From Saccharofermentans sp. (GTDB lineage: Bacteria > Bacillota > Clostridia > Saccharofermentanales > Saccharofermentanaceae): a DNA stretch of 64,000 bases. Positions 59,201-64,000 of the stretch are shown piece after piece. Location of the stretch: positions 81,691-145,690 of the forward strand of contig JAEFAV010000005.1 of assembly GCA_016288885.1 (NCBI GenBank), in the 5' to 3' direction. Position 1 is the first letter of the stretch; each line of letters starts with the position of its first letter. A program made the translations under genes and the position numbers. The notes beneath the pieces were generated by a model that searched no databases, had not been told where the DNA came from, and saw only the letters and a list, made by a program, of their open reading frames with translations.

Positions 59201-61163
59201 AGATATCCGGTCCTGTGATGTATGAATCTCCAATGAACTCCAAAAGTTCGCCCATGGCAAAATAAGAGTCGCAAGGTTCTCCAGTACCAGGATAGATAAC
59301 ATCTTCAAATTCAGCATGGAAATCGGCTACATGTTCGAAAACCAGTTCTGAAGGAATAAATTCATCACTGCCGTCAGCAAACTCACCATTAATATCCAGA
59401 TCGACATTAACCGCAGTACCCAAAGCAGCATGCGGCTCAAGCGGCTTGGCATTAATATTCTCATCCCTAAGTTCTTCAGGAATCTCATCCGGATTCCAAA
59501 GAGTCTTATCTATATCGTGAGAAGCGAATTCCATTGCATCCTGGTCGGATTCGCCTTCTTCCTCAGGCTTAACGGCCTTATAACCCTTAAGTCTGAATTT
59601 GGATGCACATACAGAAGTAAATGTATCTCGAAGAGCATCATCGCCATGACGCTCTATAACTATTGAGACAAAAGAACCGACAGCCTTCGGCTTGGTAATG
59701 AAGTTTAACGAAGCATCATCATCGACGTCTGAAGGCTTAATCTTATCGTTCTTTACATCATAAGGGAGGTTATAGAACACCGTCGGACCGTCATCAACAA
59801 GGTAACCTTCACAGCCAAGGATACATTTGATCGGAGTTTCACCGGTATCCTTGCGCTTTTTATTGATGCCTTTAGCTGCCTCAAATACATGAGGAAATGC
59901 CTGAACAACACCATGGTCAGTTACGGCACATGCAGAATGACCGAATGACGCAGCAAGTTTTATCAGATCGGCAGGATCTGTCGTTGCATCACTCTCACTC
60001 ATCTTGGTGTGGACGTGAAGCTCGACTCTCTTGCGTTCTGCAGTATCTTTTCTCTTCGGCGGTTTCTCAGCGCTGAAAAATCCGGACACTTTAATACATT
60101 TATCACCAGTAAATGAATCATTCTCGACATTACCCTGAATGCCAACATAACCGCCCTTACCGAATTCTTTCTGGAATCCATCGGCTTCTTCCGGCTTTAA
60201 GAATGCAATACAGGATATACCGTCAGTATCATCAAGGCACATAAACTTAACGATTACGCTTCTGCCCGTTTTCGCGAGTTTAAATGAATCTTCATTAAAA
60301 ACGAGGTTACCGGCGATATTTACGTCAAAGCAGCCGATAGTAACGTCTGCTATCTTCATGAATGTAGCCTGTTTCTTTACTTTTCCGTAAAGCTGGTTGT
60401 CAGCATTAGCCTGAGCCTTATAATCGAATTTCTTTTCTTCCTGTTTGGCTTCTTTCCTAAGTTGTTGTGCCTTAGCTTCCCAGGTATCTTTGCCGGCAGG
60501 TTTGGCATCAGTATCAGCTTTCTTATCTGATTTCTTCTTCCGTGTGCCTTTACTGGCCGGAGCAGCTTCAGGCTCATCCGGAAATTCCAGTTTTCCCTCT
60601 TCAATAGCTTTAAGAATGTCATATTCAGGATATGTATCGCTCCCTGCAACATCAGGATCGCAGCTTACGATCTCATAAGTAAAATCCAACCTTTCTGCAG
60701 CGCAGATACTGATCGCGTTGTCAACAGAACGGATAAGATTTTCCCTGTCCTTATCTCCGAACATCATCAACCAGCCGGCAGGGACATCAATATTAATAGT
60801 CCCGTAATCACAACCAAAACCGAGACTGATAAAATCAACCATGTCATTTACACCACCTACACTGTCGCGGGTGATGTAATGACGGATAAGCACTCTTAAT
60901 CTATCGTACAAAGACTCAAAGTTATCTTTGTTTATATCTTTGAACGAGAAATTAACTTTGGTACCGAAGTCCTGTTCCAGTTCTTTAACCAGTTTTACAA
61001 TACTCCGGTTATCTTTAAGAGTATCCGCTCCTTCAAGAACCAGGTTGATCGCAGCCTTAGCCTTATAAATATCAACCTTAGAAACAATAAGACCATTTAG
61101 ATCCTGATATCTGTCTTCATCTACATTGAACAGTTCAAGTAGTTTTACGCTTTTCTTCTCCAA
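56238..61163 (-). CDS. polC: DNA polymerase III PolC; exonuclease domain appears degenerate
   Basis: RVELHVHT, TDHG, GSRGSVGSS, HYRCPKC..CPEC, PDIDLNFSG, KLDILGH, KYMFPKAHA, C-terminal QINFF. Confidence 0.96.
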   Translation of the reverse strand: MEKKSVKLLELFNVDEDRYQDLNGLIVSKVDIYKAKAAINLVLEGADTLKDNRSIVKLVKELEQDFGTKVNFSFKDINKDNFESLYDRLRVLIRHYITRDSVGGVNDMVDFISLGFGCDYGTINIDVPAGWLMMFGDKDRENLIRSVDNAISICAAERLDFTYEIVSCDPDVAGSDTYPEYDILKAIEEGKLEFPDEPEAAPASKGTRKKKSDKKADTDAKPAGKDTWEAKAQQLRKEAKQEEKKFDYKAQANADNQLYGKVKKQATFMKIADVTIGCFDVNIAGNLVFNEDSFKLAKTGRSVIVKFMCLDDTDGISCIAFLKPEEADGFQKEFGKGGYVGIQGNVENDSFTGDKCIKVSGFFSAEKPPKRKDTAERKRVELHVHTKMSESDATTDPADLIKLAASFGHSACAVTDHGVVQAFPHVFEAAKGINKKRKDTGETPIKCILGCEGYLVDDGPTVFYNLPYDVKNDKIKPSDVDDDASLNFITKPKAVGSFVSIVIERHGDDALRDTFTSVCASKFRLKGYKAVKPEEEGESDQDAMEFASHDIDKTLWNPDEIPEELRDENINAKPLEPHAALGTAVNVDLDINGEFADGSDEFIPSELVFEHVADFHAEFEDVIYPGTGEPCDSYFAMGELLEFIGDSYITGPDIFTTLAFLRRAGYGINIEDHKYYRHKFLMPATSDEDILETFYKGEFKSVDEALNSKGVLFNYAPDGSGYDEMLASCYKSASLLVSCLKDAGTVSALDINYKVGHFTPERVKSNEKDAHKFPITPMYHIIYLVRSNMGLYNLYRIVSESQIHYYSRRPRTPKSLLKYFKSGIIVGGACEAGEIFRFVLKKYRAFNKDRQATRDCLKDSEEFAKILSLYDYVEIQPLCNNLFLTRQDPEKYEGGQVPLNEDDVRIINELLVETADDHNMPVCATTDSHFLNKEDGRYRKYMCMSMGFSDAEMQSDLYFRTTDEMLDEFKYLGEEKAMEVVVDNTNMIADMIDFGIKPFPDGSYPPQIARAAADVRDIAYTKANRMYRHNGVLNEVVKARLDRELASIIGNGYAIMYYIAYRLVKKSNNDGYVVGSRGSVGSSFAATMCGISEVNPLPPHYRCPKCNYAEFDNTGVYGSGYDLPPKTCPECGEKLIPDGQDIPFETFLGFKGDKQPDIDLNFSGEYQPRAHSYVGVLFGGTHTFKAGTIGAYQDKNAYGVCRKICEEKGEPFTQAHLAFMARDIIGVKRTTSQHPGGIVVIAKEMDIYEFTPIQFPANKTDCGIITTHFDFRAMHDTILKLDILGHADPTVLRMLSDITGVNITDIPIPDEKVMSLLVSTDALGFPIEATDAGSATLGLSELGTNMARGMIKETKPTRFYDLVQLMGLSHGTDVWTGNAQDLIRAGTCDLNSVIGCRDSIMTSLIYWGLPNKDAFDIMEGVRKGKVAAGKVEKWPEYVEEMKKCGVPDWYIESCQKIKYMFPKAHAAAYSISTLRVAWFKVYYPEEYYCSFFTHRGEGLFNAEDMCNGPEKVKKRRIELADEMHAKGDPNTKLKYYFYELVEEMYARGIKFAPITLNDSLGKKFTKAGDKLIRPPFCAIAGVSEANGLDIENARKEGEFKNRDDFMKRTGVGQSVTQKLIDYGGILDDLPESAQINFFDLL

Positions 61164-62196
61164 CTCTGATCACTTCCCTTACAAATTCTTCAACCGCAAC
61201 GGCTGCGGGTATTTTTCTGACCGGTACGCCTTTCTCGAACAACAGAAATTCGTCAATGCCGCCTGCCAGGCCGATATCACATTCTCGTGCTTCTCCCGGA
61301 CCGTTAACGACACATCCCATTACGGCTACCTTCAGATCATAAGGAAGTCCAGATACCTTCTTTTCTATCTGTCCTGCAAGCTCTATTAGAGGGACTTGCG
61401 TCCTACCGCATGTAGGACAGGATATGAATGTTATTCCGCCGTCTCTAAGATCCAAAGCTTTAAGGATCTGTTTGGCAGTGATTACTTCATCAACCGGATC
61501 ACCGGTCAAGGAAACTCTGATGGTATCACCGATACCCTCGGCAAGAAGCGCTCCTATACCGACCGCAGATTTTATGGCACCTTCGCGTACTGTGCCGGCC
61601 TCGGTAACGCCGACATGAAGAGGATAATCACATGCCTTAGATAATATCCTGTAAGTATCAATGGTAAGCTTCGGCGAAGAAGATTTGATCGAAATAACTA
61701 TGTCATCGAAATCCTGGTCTTCTAACAGTTTGACCGCGCCCAAAGCGCTCTCGGTCATCGCATCAGCACTGACTTCGCCGTATTTTGCAAGAATCTCTCT
61801 GGAAATGGAACCTGAATTAACACCTACACGGATCGGGATATGCCGTTCTTTGCATTTGTCGGCAACAAGCTTTACTTTCTCAGGACCACCTATATTACCG
61901 GGATTTATCCTTATCTTGGAAGCGCCGTTATCAGCTGCTGCCAAAGCGAGCCGGTAATCAAAATGAATGTCGGCAACGACGGGAATGGGAGACATGGAAG
62001 TAATAACTTTAAGACTCTCTGCTGCATCCATGTCAGGAATAGCAACCCTGGTGATGTCACAACCGTTATCTGCCAATTCCTGAATCTGGGCAAGAGTAGC
62101 CTTAGCATCTCTCGTATCAGTATTGTTCATCGACTGGATCTTAACGGGAGAACCCCCGCCTACTTCAACACCACCGATAATAACTTTTCTGGTCAT
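61135..62196 (-). CDS. ispG: HMBPP synthase
   Basis: IQSM, ADIHF, RINPGN, GVTEAG, SCPTCGR, MGCVVNGPGE. Confidence 0.97.
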   Translation of the reverse strand: MTRKVIIGGVEVGGGSPVKIQSMNNTDTRDAKATLAQIQELADNGCDITRVAIPDMDAAESLKVITSMSPIPVVADIHFDYRLALAAADNGASKIRINPGNIGGPEKVKLVADKCKERHIPIRVGVNSGSISREILAKYGEVSADAMTESALGAVKLLEDQDFDDIVISIKSSSPKLTIDTYRILSKACDYPLHVGVTEAGTVREGAIKSAVGIGALLAEGIGDTIRVSLTGDPVDEVITAKQILKALDLRDGGITFISCPTCGRTQVPLIELAGQIEKKVSGLPYDLKVAVMGCVVNGPGEARECDIGLAGGIDEFLLFEKGVPVRKIPAAVAVEEFVREVIRVGEEKRKTT

Positions 62197-62219
62197 ACAA
62201 TACTCTCCCGATCCGGTAG

Positions 62220-63566
62220 TTAACCGAATATGATCCTAAGAATATCCGAGATGAAAGCAAAGACTACCAAAAAGATTATCAGAACAAACCCGACTATGGT
62301 AAGTCTTTTTTCCGCTTTATCGGATAACCTGCGTCCGATGACCATCTCCACGACTATAAAGATGATCTGAATACCGTCAAGTCCGGGTATCGGAAGGAGA
62401 TTCGAAAAAGCAAGCGCTATAGAAATAACCGCACTGAGCAAAATGAGCACATATAACTTATCGCTTACAGTATCTTCTTCATCCTTAACGACATCATTTA
62501 CCATGGTCGTAATTCCGATCGGACCTGATACTAAATTATAAGCTTTTTCTTTTCCCGCAATTATGTCTTTTATTCCTTTAACGGAAATATTACCGATAGT
62601 AGCAGGCATTTTGGCCGCATAACTTATTGCCTTGGCAAAATTGTTTGGAGAATCAATAAGGTATGGTATAAGCCTGATCCCTCTTGCAGTCGTATATTCA
62701 ACCACTTTAGGTATGATCTCATCTTCATTTACTTCACCATCTCTGACATAAGTAACTTTAATAGGATCCGGATCACACAGACTATAGATATAATCACTGA
62801 AACCCTCATCCAAAACCGAAACGTCGTTAATATATGTTATGTAATCACCGGCCTTAAGAACCGGGTTGTTATCATTCTGTTCTTCATCAACGGAAACGAC
62901 ATACCAGCCTTTAACATCTTCATCAGAATCGACGGTTTTAACCGTTATCTGAAGCATGGCACGATTCTTCAACTCCGGAGTAAGCTGAACATCGTAGTTT
63001 TTACCTGTTTCTTTTGATTTGAGAGTAAGAGTCATAACTTCGGACGGATCCGCTGAATCAAGCTCATAATAAAGGTCATAAGCAGAAAATATACTATTGC
63101 CGTTAACTTTTTTGATAGTATCACCGACAGTATATTCCGAAGCGACTTCATTAGTCTGAGCGCCCGGCATTGGGGTTCCTATTTCAGTGCTGACAAAACC
63201 GGTTGCCCAAAACATGGTTAAAAAGATAATGAAACCTAATAACAGGTTCATGAAAGGTCCCGCCAGAGAGACAATCAGTCTTTTGATCCTGGGCTGATTT
63301 ATAAGAAGATCAGGATCGCTGCTCTCGACAACGTATCCTTCATCATCGATCTCGGTAAATCTGACATATGCACCTATCGGGATTAACCTTATAGTGAAAT
63401 TAACATCCTTGTGTTTCCATGATAAAAGCTTGGGGCCTACAAAGATGGATACCTCAAACACCTTGATCTTTAACAGTCTTGCAACCCAAAAATGACCAAG
63501 CTCATGGAGTGTGGCAAGCACACCGAGCATTATGATTACGAAAATTATGCTTCTTACTATACTCAT
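62220..63566 (-). CDS. rseP: RIP metalloprotease RseP
   Basis: HELGH, AGPFMN, PDZ regions, NLLPIPGLDG. Confidence 0.93.
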   Translation of the reverse strand: MSIVRSIIFVIIMLGVLATLHELGHFWVARLLKIKVFEVSIFVGPKLLSWKHKDVNFTIRLIPIGAYVRFTEIDDEGYVVESSDPDLLINQPRIKRLIVSLAGPFMNLLLGFIIFLTMFWATGFVSTEIGTPMPGAQTNEVASEYTVGDTIKKVNGNSIFSAYDLYYELDSADPSEVMTLTLKSKETGKNYDVQLTPELKNRAMLQITVKTVDSDEDVKGWYVVSVDEEQNDNNPVLKAGDYITYINDVSVLDEGFSDYIYSLCDPDPIKVTYVRDGEVNEDEIIPKVVEYTTARGIRLIPYLIDSPNNFAKAISYAAKMPATIGNISVKGIKDIIAGKEKAYNLVSGPIGITTMVNDVVKDEEDTVSDKLYVLILLSAVISIALAFSNLLPIPGLDGIQIIFIVVEMVIGRRLSDKAEKRLTIVGFVLIIFLVVFAFISDILRIIFG

Positions 63567-64000
63567 TCCCTTATTATTCCTTCTATTAATTCATCTGCAT
63601 AAATCCTGGCATCTTTATCAGTCTGACATATCGAGTCTATGGTCAGTTCCATGCCGCTGATCGAAGGATCCATCTTCTCGACGGTATCAAAAACAGTTTT
63701 CTCGATTCCAAGGAAACCGATCTTACCTGCAAGATATGCTCTGACGGCAGATTCATTTGCCGCATTCATAACTGTCGGGAACAATCCGCCCCTTTTTCCT
63801 GCTTCATATGCAAGTTTAACGAGCCTGAACACTTCAGTGTCGCAAGGCTCAAAAGTAAGATTAGACACGGCCGCATCAAAAGGATCAAACTCCTTAACGA
63901 TCGACGGACCGCGCTTGGGATAATAAAGAGCGACTTCGATCGGAAGTATCATGGAAGGTTTTCCCATCTGCGCCAGGACCGATCCGTCCTTAAGCCTTAT
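63563..64000 (-). CDS. dxr: 1-deoxy-D-xylulose-5-phosphate reductoisomerase, C-terminal part (5' end lies outside the window)
   Basis: DGSVLAQMG.PSM..PI, LTFE, NAANE; dxr-rseP-ispG-polC synteny. Confidence 0.92.
   Translation of the reverse strand: MRLKDGSVLAQMGKPSMILPIEVALYYPKRGPSIVKEFDPFDAAVSNLTFEPCDTEVFRLVKLAYEAGKRGGLFPTVMNAANESAVRAYLAGKIGFLGIEKTVFDTVEKMDPSISGMELTIDSICQTDKDARIYADELIEGIIRE

Noticed and set aside
1-64000. Mobile elements, prophage, tRNA/rRNA, defence systems and the many short nested ORFs
   Set aside because: No transposase, integrase, phage or defence motifs and no tRNA/rRNA signatures recognised; the short ORFs lie inside well-supported genes

Overview
Core-genome window (roughly 40-45% GC by eye) of a Clostridia-class Firmicute; the gene content suggests a rumen/gut Oscillospirales-Hungateiclostridiaceae type, which is inference. 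About 46 CDS, mostly on the minus strand: comM(yifB)-dprA-topA-trmFO, ychF, polA-coaE, uppP, leuA, murD, a heterodimeric ABC exporter, cls, prfB, glnA, purM, dnaG-trmK-nif3, dapAB-yajC and dxr-rseP-ispG-polC-priA, plus the RNase P RNA. I saw no tRNA, rRNA, IS, prophage or CRISPR. The most striking unexplained signal is a dispersed non-coding element made of 35-bp TTAAC-N25-GTTAA units with exact 16-bp spacers (51-bp period; TTAA cores alternately 31 and 20 bp apart). It occurs as two 4-unit arrays that are inverted copies of each other (21390-21577, 53719-53906) and one solo unit (34416-34450). Other points: helically phased CGACA/CTACA repeats upstream of the comM-dprA competence genes, a PolC whose DEDDh proofreading domain looks inactivated while its PHP ligands are intact, prfB without its programmed frameshift, no rpoD between dnaG and trmK, a PP2C/pseudo-PP2C pair and a 4-TM sensor adenylate cyclase. 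All calls rest on motif recognition by eye; no searches were run.
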